Below, piece by piece: positions 62,559-64,000 of a stretch of 64,000 nt of DNA. Under the pieces are notes generated by a model. The model was not told the origin of the DNA, searched no databases, and saw nothing but the letters and a program-made list of their open reading frames with translations. The DNA is taken from positions 2,728,001-2,792,000 of the forward strand of contig NC_043003.1 in NCBI RefSeq assembly GCF_006345805.1, given 5' to 3'. Position numbers and translations under genes: made by a program. The DNA comes from Octopus sinensis. Lineage: Eukaryota. The first letter of the stretch is position 1. Each line of letters begins with the position of its first letter.

Positions 62559-64000
62559 TATATATATAAAATACAAAAATGGGACAAGAACGCAAAACAT
62601 CCAGACAGGTGATACAAAAAAGGGACAACAAAACATCCAAACACACGATACAAAGGAAACAAGGACGAGTCATTTGGAGTTTTCTGTCCTCATTCAAGTT
62701 CCAGATTATCTTTGCAATTTCAGCTGGTTATACTCGAGATTGCTCCAATCTGGCCAGGCCCAATATATATATATATACCTTTTCCTTCTTTGGACACTAA
62801 ACTCTGCTGCGAAGACCTGTTGAGGCAAGTGAAATCAAAATCAAAATCAAAATCAAATTCGATGACTGACGTCCGTGCTAGCAGGGTGCAAAGAGCACCA
62901 TATGAGTGTGATCATTGACAGAGCAGCTAACTGGCTTCCGTGCCAGTGACACTTAAAAGGCACCATTCGAGTGTGATCGTTACCAGCGTTGCCTTACTGG
63001 CACTCAAGCCCCGTGCTAGTAGGGTATTAAGAGCACCATCCGAGTGTGATTGTTGCCAGAGCGGCTATCTGGCCTCCATGCCGGTGGCACATAAAAGACA
63101 CCATTCAAGCGTGATTGTTACCAGCATCGCCTTACTGGCACCTGTGACGGTGGCATGTGTAAAAGATTTGAGCGAGGTCACTGTCAGTACCGCCTGACTG
63201 GCCCCGTGCCGGTTGCATATAAAAGCAGCCACTACACTCTCGGAGTGGTTGGCGTTAGGAAGGGCATCCAGCTGTAGAAACTCTGCCAGATCAAGATTGA
63301 AGCCTGGTGCAACCTCCTGACTTTCCAAACCTCAGTTAAACTGTCCAACCCATGCCACCATGGAAAGCGGATGTTAAACGATGATGATGATGATGATGAG
63401 ATATATATATATATATATATCACTTCTGAGGTGGTTGTTGTTAGGAAGGGCATCCAACTGTAGAAACGGTGCCAAATCAGACTGGAACCTGTTGCAGCTC
63501 TTCGCCTTATCAGTTCCAGTCAATCCGTCTAACCCAAGGAGAGTGGACATTAAATGATAGTGATGATGATGATGATAGTTACTCGTACATATTTTTTACA
63601 CACATACACACGTAAATTGATGTACATACACATGTACATACACGTACATGAGCAAATATATACATACACTTTCACTTGAAGAAAAAAAATCAACAACTGT
63701 CGATCGAATATCAAACATAAAGTTGATGGAAATAGCAAAAATGTTTTTTTAATGAAGATGAGGTTAATAGTTTAAAAAATTATAATCTTCTGGGATAACT
63801 TATCTCCATATATTATTCAATTAACAAAGCAAATGATTAACATAGTGATTAGCCTTTTCCATCATTGGTTGACCGTGTTGCAGAGACAGTGACTTGACCA
63901 CTTCTGCTGGGCCTGAACTGTTTCCAGAGGCAAGTTCTCAGCCCCCAACTTACCACCTCTCACTCATGGATGTGTCACAAAGGAAAAAACTAGTTAATAT

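Overview
This is AT-rich, repeat-dense, intron-rich eukaryotic DNA, not prokaryotic. The SINE, microsatellite and transposon complement looks like an octopus (coleoid cephalopod) genome; that assignment is an inference. Three conserved genes could be assembled by hand from splice sites with phase-consistent exons. (1) An MBTD1/Sfmbt-type gene with an FCS zinc finger on the minus strand, running off the left edge. (2) A complete 9-exon WBP4/FBP21 gene on the plus strand (17809-34615, about 352 aa). (3) The 3' nine exons of mitochondrial prolyl-tRNA synthetase PARS2 on the minus strand (49383-60435), with its 5' end probably beyond the right edge. Between WBP4 and PARS2 I find an unrecognised 4-exon gene encoding an 83-aa protein with a signal peptide, a Cys pair and a GPI-like hydrophobic tail; it is invisible in the ORF track. 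The rest is tRNA-derived SINEs (including a 9-unit tandem array with higher-order structure), mariner, Tc1, piggyBac-like and Merlin-like MITEs, Helitrons, CR1 and RTE LINE fragments, hammerhead-like motifs, long inverted repeats and micro/minisatellites. All coordinates and translations were done by eye; no database searches were run.
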